Part shown: positions 50,479 to 63,133 of the stretch, one piece after another
Layout: each line of letters opens with the position of its first letter
Numbering within the stretch: position 1 is the first letter of the stretch
Assembly (NCBI GenBank): GCA_964234715.1
Contig: OZ174279.1
Length of the DNA stretch: 64,000 nucleotides
Strand: one strand, 5' to 3'
DNA from: Podarcis melisellensis
Lineage: Eukaryota
The notes under the pieces: generated by a model
Databases searched by the model: none
The model's input: the letters and a program-made list of their open reading frames with translations, nothing else
Told to the model about the DNA's origin: nothing
Made by a program: the position numbers and the translations under genes

Positions 50479-52965
50479 GTAACCCGCATCTCCTCCAGGA
50501 TGAATCTGCTTTTTATGGATGAACCTGCTGATTTCCAAGGTTGGAACCCAGTTTTGTCCATGTGCGTTCGCCCAATATCAAGCTGCTGTTACTTGCAGTT
50601 CCCTGGCATGTGCGTTGTCATCGAGCACATGCTTCTAATATTGTTCTTTGATGTGGTTCAAATAAAGGCGTAAATGATGGGTTTGCCATTTGAGTGCTTC
50701 ACCTCCAGTGCCAATCTCACCTGAGTGAACCCTTGCAGGTGCTTTGTAAAAAAAACATTACCAGCAGCTGCACAGTCTGCTGGGATCGGTACATGTGATG
50801 GCTTGCTCAGACATTTGTTTCCAACGTCTTCACTTTCACTTCCAGCTGGCATTTCAGAGTCACCGCTGATTCAAAATAAGCATTAAAGTGGCTTAGTGAC
50901 TCCCCCCTTGGAAATTTAAGAAACCGTGTTTCATTCATTACACTTGTGTGCTCTGTTGCTTTCACTGCCAAACTCTCAGTCACTTGTTCTGTGTTGATTC
51001 CTGTCCATTATGTGACTCGCCAGCTCACTAACTAATGCAATAAGGCTGGATATCTTCTTCTCACAACCACTTCCTCTCTGCAAAAAAAAAAAAAGTTGGT
51101 GATTTGTCTCTGGATGCTTTCTAGCTTTCAGTGGGGAATATGTTTAGAATTGACTCAGGTATCTATAATGGACTCTTCAGTTTATCATTACTGGATTGTG
51201 CTGCTGTGAGCCTCAGGCTCACACACTCTCCTCTTCCACCATAACCACAGAGAGGAGAACAGCAGATTTTGCTTTCATGTCTGATTAACTACTGTTTAGT
51301 GTTACACCCTGAGCTAAACTTGTTAATCTTAACTATGGTTTGTTTGAAACGAGCCACCTTCACAACCCATGGTTTGCAGCTGGCTTGTTTCAAACAAAAC
51401 ATAGTTAAGATGTACCACAGTTAATTTGGATGAAATGGCAAGCTGTGTTTACTCCAAAATGGAAGCAAAAGGTGCCAAACTCTTTGCGGTCGTGATAGAT
51501 AGTGGGGGGTGTGCCAGGTGTGGAACCTCTTTCCTGATACAGACATCACTGCAGCTTACCTGCAACTGGTGTTGGGCAGGGTGGTAGCAAAGTTAGGAGT
51601 GTACAGGTGTACTGATGGCAGTGAAAGATGGACTCCATCAGTGCATTCACACAGCTCTGACCTCACTGCTACTCTATCCTGTCCAAGTGCTGCCCTGGCA
51701 AGCTGCCATGATGGTGATATTGGGAGGGCAGCACCATGGCTCTTGCCCACCACACCAACTGCTGCTGGTGTGTGCCAGCCCAGGAATTGCGCCAGCTCAT
51801 GCTCATCAAGATAAACCATGGTTTATCATGATCTGTGAGTACAGTCTATTAGTAAATGGGCAAGGTGCATTTTTTGGCCAATGTCAGAATTTAGGGTGAG
51901 TTGCAACGTTTAGAATGAGTTAATGTAAGATGATTTGAATTTTATGATGTTAAGATTTTGTTTATATTTGTTTTACTGTGTGTTGTAGAACACCTTATGC
52001 TCTTTGGAGGACAATAATATTTATTTATTTATTTATTTAAACATATTAAGTAAACAAAATACAGATAATAAAGAAGGAATTTATTAATATTGAAACTGAT
52101 GATTATATTAAATCTCAGCTTTCAACTTCGTTTTCAAAAAGAGAAGCACGTTTTCAGCCCATCTGGCATGAAGACGGGGTTGAAGTGCCTGATAAACACA
52201 ATTTCAAGACCAGAGGCTGTATGGACTCTTTAAGGAAAAATCTTATAGCCATCATTTTCCTACCCGCAACGCCATGATGATGAGCAGTACCCAGATAAAC
52301 CACACAAAATGAAAAGTTGCACCTTTATAGACATATTTCAGCTTTTCTTGGTGCAGGAATTGGGTACTTGAATCAAGCTTGGAGGTAGCCGAATCAGCTA
52401 GCCTGTGACCCTCCAGATGTTGCTGAACTGCACGCCCATCAGTCACAGCCAGCCTGGCCAATGATCAGAGATGATGGGGTTTTTAGTTCAGCATCAGCTG
52501 GTGGTCCATGTGCCACTCCTGCTTTTAAAAAATAGCAAGTCTGAGTAGAATGCTTGTTCTCAAATTAGTTGAACAACATCTGATCAGATTTGTTTAAAGA
52601 GCTCTTCACCAGTGGTGGTTGCATTTCTGTTCAGTTTATCAGATGATTTATCTCTACCTCTTTTTACAGAATTTGGGTAACTGTGGCACGGAAATTGCCT
52701 TCCTTATTTTATGCATAACATACAGGCAGCCCTGAATGTTACTATGCCATCTACTTTGTGGTATCTCAGCAGCGGTTTTTTCAAAGTTGCATGGTGTTCG
52801 TCCAAATGCTTTACTTCACAATAACACTGCATTCCCTTTGGTTCCTCTCCTTAATGTTTCTGCGGTTCTTTCTTCAAATTTCAACATGTGGCCACTTCTT
52901 TCTCTTTGAAATTACGGTTCTTTCTTTTTCTCTCCTTTTTTTTCTGCTCCCTGCTGCGCACCCAG

Positions 52966-53052
52966 GAATACATCAGGCGACAGTTAGAGGAAGAACAGAG
53001 GCAGTTAGAGATCCTGCAGCAGCAATTACTGCAGGAGCAAGCTCTACTTCTG
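52966..53052 (+). CDS. TNIK: TNIK coding exon (87 nt; [29 protein letters not shown]), 29-aa cassette exon
   Basis: cccag| acceptor and |gtaatg donor; phase 0/0; corresponds to the 29-aa alternatively spliced segment of mammalian TNIK. Confidence 0.96.
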
Positions 53053-55366
53053 GTAATGGGGAGTCAGGATCCCTGTCGCATCCTTTGCCCAGCCCTTTCT
53101 GTGTATAATGAGACTGCATGTTATTAGCCAAATGTGTAACTGGGCCTTCAGACTTATAGGGTTGCCATCTCTTTTGGAGATTTGCCTTTCTCCTATACAT
53201 TATAAATCTGAGTACCTTAATTTGTTCAAGCATTGGCATTTGTAATACTTATTAAATTCCCAACACATTCAAATGTTTGGGGGAGCATGCAGTAATGGAA
53301 TGGCCGGCTGGTAGTCCGAGGGTTGGCTCTAGCCCAGGAAGCCATTTTATTTGGCCCTATCTAGTCAGGGCACATTGTTAAAAAGAGTTAAATATCCTAA
53401 GCCCTAACTAGATGTTACTTCAGAGCTTCATGATGTGTTTTACTTCTTCTTAAAAGCAGCTGCTAGGGCAGGCACAATTTGGATCAGAGGCATGACACTG
53501 ATAGAGGTTAACCCCTTCCCCTCCCCGTGCCACAGCCCCAATCCAAATCCACTCCTGGCTGCTGGTAGTTACAGAAGAGAAAATAAACAGGCAAGGATCT
53601 GCAGCTACTAGCATCTCTAGGGGAGTTAATTTAGATTGATTACACCCACAGCACAGAGGGAAATGAATTTTTTTCCTTGGTATTTGCACTAACATACAGG
53701 ACTGTTTAATTTTTTGTAGTAATAGTCACCTGCTATCTAGAGCTGGCCAGATTAAGGATTAAACATATATAGTCTGAAATGAGGATTAAGCACGTATAGT
53801 CTGAAATGCAGTATTCCTGCTACTGCTTCTAGGAAACCCTTGTTCATAGGAAAGCATGTGTCTTCTCCCTGAGTTACAGCCTGTGAGAGCAGTATTGAAG
53901 GGCAGGTGGACTACCAGTGACCAGGCTTGAAGTTACAAAACCAAAAGGCTCAGAATCAAAGTAGTCCTTGATTAAAACAACAACAATTTTAGGTGGCAAT
54001 CCTAAAAGTCTAGGCCAATGTGAGTGTGGAGAGTCTCGTTCAAGAATTATTTTGCCAACTCTTACCCAGGTTCACTCCCGTCACCTGGCAAGAGAATTGT
54101 CCAACTCTCTGCTGTGCTAAGGATAGTGTGCTGCAATGGTGTCTTCCTTGAATGCAAGCACTGCCACGCTCTGAATGTTTTTGTTGCTTTTCTGCCAATA
54201 ACTGGAGCAGCCATTGCTGTGCACGTCTTTTCCTCTGCTCAGTTCGCTTCTAGAACATCCTTCATTTTCATGGAAGCAACAGGCCTCTGCTGGGTTTATT
54301 GCAAAGCTATTAATTGAAAGCTACTGGCACTGTGTGCTGGAATACAATCTAACTGAAACGTACTTGCTCCCTGTAATCTCTTCTTGGTTTTATAGGATTC
54401 GACGGCATATTTCAGTTGCAGGCTGCTTAGCTTTACATTCCTGACAGAAACATTTTTGCACTGCCTTTTCATGCTGTTTACAGTTTTGACATGGTTTATT
54501 TGCTGAATTTCCTGCATATATACTCTTCCCTTTACTCTCCCCACCCTGCCACTTAAGCTAAATTTATATCTTGTCTTTATTTTGGATGTGAATTGTTATT
54601 CTTTTCATTTATCTTTTTAAAAAACAGTATTATATTTATCAGTGCTGTTGGAGAGGTCATGCCTTGTTTCCCTCTTCCCAATAGATCCATTAATTTATAC
54701 GACTGGACAGAGTATGTTAGACTTACCCAACCTAGAGCTCTCCAGATGTGTTGCTCCACAGCTCCCATCATCTCAAACCATAGGCCATTTAGCAGGGACT
54801 GATGGGAGTTTGAGTTCAACATCTGCAAGGCAATAGGTTGGGAAAGAATGGCATAGGCAAACCCTTCATTGCATAAATAATGTTTCCCTCCATCAGTTTC
54901 ATAACCACAGGAGGGACAGAACTTCCAGGCTATAAAATTACAAATTGGACAACTAACTGAACAAAGCAGCAAGTTTAAAATAAACTATTTAGAAAGAAAT
55001 ATGCTGCCTCAGCAACGGGTTTTCCAGACTTTTCTCTGGGCATGCAGTGCGTTCAAGCTAATTTTTAGATAACTCGGTGGTACCATCCAGATACCAAATA
55101 TGCATGATTTAGGAGGCATGCTTAGACTACAAGCTTAAACCGCTTCCACACTTGTTTCAGACTGTCACAATTTCCCAACAAAATGTGATGGTTTTGTGAG
55201 TATACCCCACTTCCCCCAAAGTTGTCACATTTGATGGAGCCTGAAAAGAGATGGTGTGGACCAGAGTTCCTGCTGTCTCAAGGCCACATAAATGTTTAGC
55301 ACATAGCTTCAGAAGTAGTGATGAGTAAGTAGTTCAATACATTGGGGGCAGGGTAAAGATCACAAA

Positions 55367-55403
55367 GAATAGAATAGAATAGAATAGAATAGAATAGAAT
55401 AGA
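55367..55403. repeat. (AATAG)n microsatellite
   Basis: Read directly. Confidence 0.9.
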
Positions 55404-55681
55404 AACGATTCCTTTTTAATCAGCAATATGCTTTACAATGGACACCACCCAGACAATAACACAAGTAAAAAGTAAAAAGAGAAACCTGCTTCAACATCTG
55501 CAAGACCCAGGGTCCATTTGGTCTCTTAGGGTTACTACATCCTTGCTATTTGGGCTTCAGTTTCCACTTGATATGTATCTGTGTTTGCCTTTTGTTGTTT
55601 CCCTCAACACCATACTGACTGTGTACCTTTCAAGCTGCCATGCTGCTTCTAAATATTTGTTTGGCTTACATGTCTTGGTAG

Positions 55682-55885
55682 GAATATAAGCGCAAGCAAT
55701 TGGAGGAGCAGCGGCAGGCAGAGAGGCTACAGCGGCAGTTGCAACAGGAGCGAGATTACCTGGTCTCGCTGCAACAACAGCAGCAGCAACAGCAGAGGCA
55801 GGACCAGAGACCAGCAGAGAAGAAGCCGCTTTACCATTACAAGGAAGGGCTAAATGCCAGTGAGAAGCCAGCATGGGCAAAGGAG
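55682..55885 (+). CDS. TNIK: TNIK coding exon (204 nt; EYKRKQLEEQRQAERLQRQLQQERDYLVSLQQQQQQQQRQDQRPAEKKPLYHYKEGLNASEKPAWAKE)
   Basis: ggtag| acceptor and |gtagga donor; phase 0/0; TNIK-specific KKPLYHYKEG..EKPAWAKE. Confidence 0.96.
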
Positions 55886-58800
55886 GTAGGAATGGCCACG
55901 TTTTCTGTTTTGCACCTTTCCCTGGGCTAGGAAGCAAAAAATCAGCAGAGCCAAAGACATTTACAGTGTTTTGCAAATATTTTCAGTGCTGCCAAAAAAC
56001 CCCCACCCCTTTACCCCTTTTAAACGGCTACTTCACCTGCATTGCACTCATTTGTCCTCTGGTGTCATCACAGACCCAAATCTGATTGGCCACATGGTGT
56101 TATATGATGGCATGATCCCTGATTCATCCATATGACTAAACCAGGGAGCAAGAAGTATCAGCAGTGAGGAGAAAGGAAAGGAGACTGTTTTCACTATTGT
56201 TTCAAGTAAATATTTGCCCTATTGAAATTGCTGGTTTTTACTTGAAAATTAAAACTGCACAATGTTTGGTATAGCTGTAGCAGAAATACTATATAATAAA
56301 TACTGTTAAAAATGCAACCCTTTTAATGCCTACGTTAGACTGTTGCATATTCACCATGAAGTAAAGTCCTAGTTGTGGAGATTTGCTAGGAATCCGTTCT
56401 GAGGAATGGTTCCACCATGCTCCCCTCTACTTTGCTATTGTTACTCAAGAGTGCTTAGATAAAAGCCTTGTTACATACAGCTTGAAGGGGCTTTAGTACA
56501 TAAGTCTAGCGTTCATGAATGGAGTCCACAGAAGACTCACTGACATCACCTTATGGTAGAAAGTGGATTTGAGATTCTCATGTCAGGTGAATGAGGCCTC
56601 AGGCTTGCGCTATAATGAATTGTGTGAGGAGCGAAACTGCGCAACTGTGCAGCAACCCTCATGAACATCTCTCTGAATGCCACCGTTGTGCAAATCCATT
56701 TCTCAGAGGAAGTAGTCTGGAGGGTCCTTTTGGCCAATCTATGGCCTGTCTTCGGTATTAATGGTGACCAGCGTCAGTTCTCTGATGAAGTTAATTCGGG
56801 ATGAGTTTGCCATCAGCCTCTCATTTTGTTTTAAGTACCATTGATAGTGCACAGTTGCTCCCATTTTCTACCCACAGCATTCCAAAGATTCCCCAGGTAA
56901 TCCTCACATAATCTATAGATGGCATTGAAAAATAAAATGGATCTTCGCCTTGAGCGGGGAGGAGGGAGAAAAAAGAAGTGGGTGTGGGTGTGGGTGGGTG
57001 TGTACTGGGCATCCAATTTGCCTGTCCAACACCATTGTCTATAGGTGCCCACAGTGTCATCCTGGCTGATCCCCCACAGGTGGTCACTCTGGACTATCAG
57101 TACTGTACTGTAGGTATTGTGTTTTGAGACCAACCCCAAAAGGTACTTACTGGGCGGTTTTCTGCTGTAACGCACAGGAACTGAACCTAGATCAGTGGCT
57201 TTCAAACTTTGTACGTTAGGGAGCCCTTTCCACATATATTCACGCTCTGAGCAACATTTCCACATCTGCCACAAAAACCTCAGCACATCGCAGAAATCTT
57301 AGTTTCGTTCTAAGGTGCATGCTCAGTTCATGTGAGGGTATTGTCCATGTCTGATGGGTCTCAAACACTGCCTGACATGAACAGAGAGAGGGTGCTGTTG
57401 AACGCACTCTGTGTCCTTGTGGCAGGATGTTGCTGGATAATTCAAGTCCATGGCGGGCGATCAGTCTTTCTAGGAAGCTGCTCTCTGTTACTGATCGTCA
57501 TGTTGAAGAACTCAGGATCCCCCAGAACACAGTTTGAAAACCACCGGCCTAGACCGTGTTAGGAAGCTGCCTTCTGGCCTAGCATATCAGCAGCTCTTTC
57601 ATCATGCTATGGGTTCCATCCATTTTTATTTATTGCCTGATTGGCCACAGTTCTGTATGAAAGTCTTTCTCCGCACGTTGTGCTTCACGAGCTGGTTCAT
57701 CTTCTCCTGTGACCCTGTTGCATGTAATTTGTCTTGACGGCTGCTTATTTGTTAACTTGCTAAGGCGAGAGGCGGAGGGGGGGGGGGGGAACGACTTGAA
57801 AAAAGAGGACAAAGCTTTGAACACCGGCCCCAATTTGTATTTGTGGCTTATTACTGATGATGCCTGCTGATGGGTCAAGGTCAGGAACAGCCTGCTCTTA
57901 TCTCTGCTGTAACTGTGCCAGCTGCTGAATAAGAAACTAGCATCCCCCACACAACACGATTGCCCTGAAAGAAGGTATTGCCCATTCAAAAGGGGATTTC
58001 GGGTATCACTAGAGCAATGGTAATTGCTATCACTTCAAAAGCTTCTTGTCTGTTGCAGACTCTCCATTTGCAGGAGTGTCCTATACACAATTCTGTTTTA
58101 TGATGTAGAATTTAGATTCCTGAAAATCGCCACTATCATTTTCATTTCTTCTTATCTGAAAAGCAGATTTCTTGCCCTTGTGGCTGTGGGAATGTGCTAA
58201 ATGGGACTAGGAGTGGGGAGCTTTGTTCACGGATGGAAACACCTACATTGCATAGTTTTGTGTGCAATGGGAGCAACTTCCTCGTGGAAGTAGCCCCGAT
58301 CTAGCAGCTGTATTTTGATTGCCCCACAGATGTAATGGAGGAGTGTTGAGGGAAAGAGAGTCAAAATCCAAATGCCTTTTTTGTCATTTCTAATGGGGGG
58401 GGGGTTTCTCTTTCTCCTCTGTCAGTCAAGGAGCACTGAAATTGACTGGACAAAGTGACAACAGCTTCTATACTAGTCAATTTCATACCTAGAGGAAGGG
58501 AGGAGAAGGAGGAGGGTTCCTGAAAATCCTGAGCAGGAAGCAGAGCATACTGTTGAATTTAAATGATTTTTAATGGAATTACTTGTGAAATGCTTGCAGC
58601 ATTTTTGCACCCACATGGCCCTCATAGCAGCTGACAATAGTCAGACAGATAACTGTAAAAGGTATAAAAAGGGCAACCACAATGACTGAAATGTTGGAGC
58701 AATTTGCTTATGGGGGGTGAGAATATCTCAGCAGTAGCCAACATGGATTACATGTTCTAGCATCCCTGGCTACTGGCCTCGCTGCCTGGGGCTAATGAGA

Positions 58801-59564
58801 GTTGGAGTCCAACAAAATCCAGAGGGCACTATGTTAGCTACTTTGGGGGCTTCTTAGTTTAGGGGGGAAAGGTGACTAAGCAGGGTGTGATGGAGCTTTA
58901 TACAATTATGAATGCTTAGAGGGATTGGATAGAGAGATTGTTTTCACTCTCTCTTAACTCTGGAGTTCAGCATCATGCAATGGAATTGATTGGGCAGACA
59001 AAAGAAAATATTTAACTAACTTGGCAGGTTCACTGCTGCATGAGACAGTGGTGATGACCATTGGCATAGCTAGCTTTTAAAATGGGTTTAGAGCAATTTA
59101 TGGAAGACAGGTCCATAATAGCTAAATGGTACTTCCATGTTCAAAGTGAAGGTCCCACTGAATGCTGGTCGCTAGGTGGAGGGGGGAAGTGGGAGAGGGC
59201 TGGTGCCTTCATGTTCTCCTTGGGAAGTTCCCCAAAGCATTTGACTGCCCACTGTTAGAAATGGGATGCTGAACAAGACGGCCCCTTGATGTGTTCCATT
59301 CAGGTAGTTATTATGCATTCTCTGCAAAATCAGCCTTGCTGAAGAATGCTGTTCTGAGTGACCTTCTCTCACCTGTGAGTTAGAGCAACTAGCTTCCATG
59401 CAACCCTGGATTGGAGCTGAACTTTCCAAGCAGGCAGGAGCCCTGGTACTTCTTTTGTTAGAAGCTAATCATGGTGAAGGACATTTGCCAATAATTATAT
59501 ACTCGTGCAATTAACCAAAAACATGTGTTTTAATAGTTTGATTTCTGTAATCCTGCTTTCCCAG

Positions 59565-60665
59565 GTACATCAGCGAGCTTTTAATAACCCACCAGTTATT
59601 CCAGCTAAGCAGAACCACAGTTTCGTGCCCCAACAACTGGTGACTTATGTTACTGACAAAGGTGTTGCTCCACAATCCAACTCTAAGCCCTTTTTAAATA
59701 TTGTTAAACCTCGTGGTAGACAAAACCAACGAGCATTAGACCCTCACAGAAAGGACTTTCCGGATTCTGCTAAGCAAACACTCTGGGTGCCTGTTATTAA
59801 GATCTCCATGCCAAGTCCACAAGAAGAGCTAAAGAATAGACCCATCTTTATAGACCACAAAACCAGTCTTGGTTTTCATGAGCAGTTGGGGGAAAATGGC
59901 ATGAAATCCCCCAAAGGGTCTCGGTCTCATGGGTGCAGTCCTGAGAGGCAAATGAGATTGGAGGTCAAGTGTGTGTCTTCTCCCCACCTTCCAGAAGGAG
60001 GTAAGCCACCACTGCCTCCCTATAAAATCAAAATGAATTTCCAAGAACACAATGTGGACAAGGAGAGGAAGCAGCTTCATTATCATCTACATCCAAGTGT
60101 CATTACCTCTTCGAGGAGTGTTCCGTCATTATGCAATATCTCGGCAACACGTGATAACCTAGATCTGAGTGCTTCTAGTCCAGCATGCCTCTTGAGAAGG
60201 ATGAAGATACAAGCTGATGAGAAGCAGCAGCATCATGCATCTTTGGAGAGCCTCTTAGAACATCGCCAGCATCCCACTGGGGTCCATCATGTGCAGATGC
60301 AGAGGAAAAGAATAGGGCGAAGCATGGAAGAGCTTCTTGCTCTGGATCTTTGTCCACAAACTGCTCATCTGAATGTACCCAACTTGACATCTTTGTCTTC
60401 TAGCTCTCGCTCAGCATCTTTAAATTCCCTTTCATTTTCTTCCAACTCGGATCTGATTCAGTCTTCTAAATCTTGCCAGGGTAATTCTTCTTCTGGCATC
60501 ACTTTGCAGATGCCTCTGGCTTCATTTTCTAATTCCTCCTGTTGGTCTTCCAAACTTCCTTCTCGGGTATCTCATGCGAAGCAGACTCTGGGTGTGCATG
60601 TTCATAACTACATATCTCTGGCTTCGAGCACCCCGGACTTGAGATATGCTAGGCAGCGTCACTAA
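59565..60665 (+). CDS. Candidate alternative terminal coding exon of TNIK (366 aa, Ser/Pro/His-rich)
   Basis: tcctgctttcccag| acceptor in phase 0, matching the upstream exon; 366 stop-free codons of non-repetitive sequence; ATTAAA twice downstream. Confidence 0.65.
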   Translation, partial: VHQRAFNNPPVIPAKQNHSFVPQQLVTYVTDKGVAPQSNSKPFLNIVKPRGRQNQRALDPHRKDFPDSAKQTLWVPVIKISMPSPQEELKNRPIFIDHKTSLGFHEQLGENGMKSPKGSRSHGCSPERQMRLEVKCVSSPHLPEGGKPPLPPYKIKMNFQEHNVDKERKQLHYHLHPSVITSSRSVPSLCNISATRDNLDLSASSPACLLRRMKIQADEKQQHHASLESLLEHRQHPTGVHHVQMQRKRIGRSMEELLALDLCPQTAHLNVPNLTSLSSSSRSASLNSLSFSSNSDLIQSSKSCQGNSSSGITLQMPLASFSNSSCWSSKLPSRVSHAKQTLGVHVHNYISLASSTPDLRYARQRH

Positions 60666-60890
60666 AATGAGCCGGGGAGTGATTTCTCTCGCCATTGCCA
60701 ATAAGCTCTTGCCATTCTATAAGCTGGGGCTTGCTCAGGGGCTAGTGCCATGGCGGAAGCAAATTGTATCGAGCCAGGGAACTGGGTGTTGCTTTGCTTC
60801 TGGTGACTCCCTGAGCCTCACATGTCTTTGAAATTATTTTGCAAAACCGACAGCTGCAAAGCCAAGTCAATTAATGGGTTAGGTAAATCA

Positions 60891-60905
60891 ATTAAAAGCA
60901 TTAAA
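60891..60905 (+). terminator. Candidate polyadenylation signals (tandem ATTAAA)
   Basis: attaaaagcattaaa, about 225 nt after the stop at 60665. Confidence 0.4.
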
Positions 60906-62929
60906 AGCATTTTGTTAGAGTAAAAAGCACCTCCCTTTGAATATCTGTAGCTGATTCTTTTTAAAAATATTTTTAATACATATACTGACAAAAAACACGG
61001 AGGCCAGTTTAATTGACTGAAACGTGTTCTTGATAGGCTTGTTTCCTTGCCACTCAGAATTTAGCTGTTGGAAATACATAGAAAATAGCTTCTATTTGGG
61101 ACTTTATAGTTCTTTTAGGTATCCAGGCCATAAATGAGTCTAGTAGAAATAAGGCATACCAGAAGTTGCCTGATCAGACAGTATGTCCATTTATCCCAGT
61201 ATTATCTTTTCTAGCTGGCAGCAGCCCCCCAGGATCTCTGGTACAGATCTTCCCTATTACCTGCTTGCTGATTTGCTTCAAGATGCCAGGAACTGAACCT
61301 GGATGTTTCTACCTTTGAAACATTTGACCTATGCTATGGCTTCTTCCCAAAATGATTAAAGGCCACAAATTACGTGGCAGTGCCTTAATCATGTGCATGT
61401 ATTACAAGCCACTAGGAGATCTTCCATCTTTATCATTGGGAATACTAACCTCTTCTTTTCTATAACTGTAATAGAGTAAGTGGTGTATTTCTAATCATCT
61501 CAAGAACTTATTTCCAAAAATAAGTTCACCTTTGGCATCCTGCCACCACCCTTACTGTCTGTATTCTCATATCTTTTTTGTGAACTGCCCTGAGACCTCC
61601 GGGTATAGGGCGGTATATAAATTCAATTAATAATAATCATTATATATTTTAAAATTTCTGTATGATATTATACCTCAGTATAACTACCATATGATTATAT
61701 GCTATGATTTTAGGTGATTGTTTCAATCCAGTTTTCCACATATATTTTCCTATTTGCTTTTTTAACCTAGTAATTGCCTGCCCCCTTTTCTTGGAACAAT
61801 AGAGAAACACACACACACGACACAGCCCTTCTCTCTCTCTCTAATGCTCAGCTGTAGTTAATGTAAACCAAGGTTTTAAAACTGCCAACAAACCATGGCT
61901 TATGAGTTTGGTTTGTTCTGGTTTGTAAACTGCACTTAAGGTGAACAATCCAGTAAACCATGGCTTAGTGTTACATGCACAATATTTTTTAAAAAGAGTT
62001 TTGAGTTTCAAAAGTAGTTTGCTATGCAATGTATCCAGCTATGCACAAAACCACTTCTGGCTATTCAGAACTTCTAATAGAGTTATTTTGATCCTGGCCT
62101 AGATCAGGCTCCAAAGGATTCCTTGCTTACTTTTGCTCACTTGGTTTAAGTACAATGTCTAAAAAAAAAAAAAGTATAATTATAATAGTTGAAAATAGCG
62201 ATGGGTGCTCACTTGAAAATCAGTGATCATTCCTTTTGAATGCTGAAAAACCTTTGAGGGACTTTTCAAGCATTTGAGAGGATCACTTGCAAGGAGGCAG
62301 TTTCCCTCTCTCAGCTACACTACCTGCTACTCCCTCCGCCAAGGGGGAAAAGCTCCATCTTCCCAGCCAAGATAGCAGATGGCTGAAGTCTCGAAAAATG
62401 AGAGAGGCACAGTGCATCTCTCTCACTATCCAAAGCTAATCGCTACCTCATGATCTGGGTGTTTGTGGCAGGCTGCGATATCAGGTGTCACGGAAGAAGG
62501 TCCAGCATCCAAAACGCCCCTTTTGGAGTGATGGCATGTGATGCAGGGAACATAATGTTGCAGGAAACAATGGTTAAGGAGTGAGGATTGCTTAATATTA
62601 CTTGCATGCTCAAATTGTGATGAAATACTGATTGAGAAGAAGAATCAAATATGTTTTAAAATTACTTTTAAAGTGTGATTGCCTTTTACACTTTTGAACT
62701 TTTTATTGTGGTTGTGAAATGGTTTCCACCAGTTCGTGAGACTGGTGGACTTGAGGAGCCTCTTCCTGTATTATCACTGCACCTGAGACTGATTAGAGCA
62801 TAAATAAAGGCTAAACTCATCTTACTGCAAAGTGTGGTTTGTTCAGCTGTTTGCCTAAGAGTTATTTTTATAAACGTGGAAAACTTTGAAAAGCATATAA
62901 GCTGCTGGGCAGGGGTAATCTTTTAATAC

Positions 62930-63133
62930 GGCAAACGGCGTTTCCATGCACTTTGGCTTCTGTCACATTATTCCGTTGCACCAGAAGCGGTTTAGTCATA
63001 CTGGCCACATGACCCGGAAAGCTGTATGTGGACAAACTCTGGCTCCCTCGGCTTGAAGCAAGATGAGCGTCACACCCCATAGTCACCTTTTACTGGACTT
63101 AACCGTCCAGGGGTACTTTATCTTTTTACCTTT
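62930..63133 (+). mobile_element. Sauria SINE 3' half
   Basis: aaacggcgtttcc..ctggccacatgacccggaa..agatgagcg..accttt matches the copies at 14853 and 43416. Confidence 0.8.

Noticed and set aside
54398-54506. Possible extra exon after ggttttatag
   Set aside because: No convincing donor, the phase-0 frame stops within about 36 codons, and there is no similarity to GCK-IV proteins.
59505-59564. GTG start and signal-peptide-like N-terminus of the 386-aa ORF as a standalone gene
   Set aside because: The hydrophobic stretch is the translated polypyrimidine tract; a splice acceptor at 59564 explains it better than a non-ATG start.
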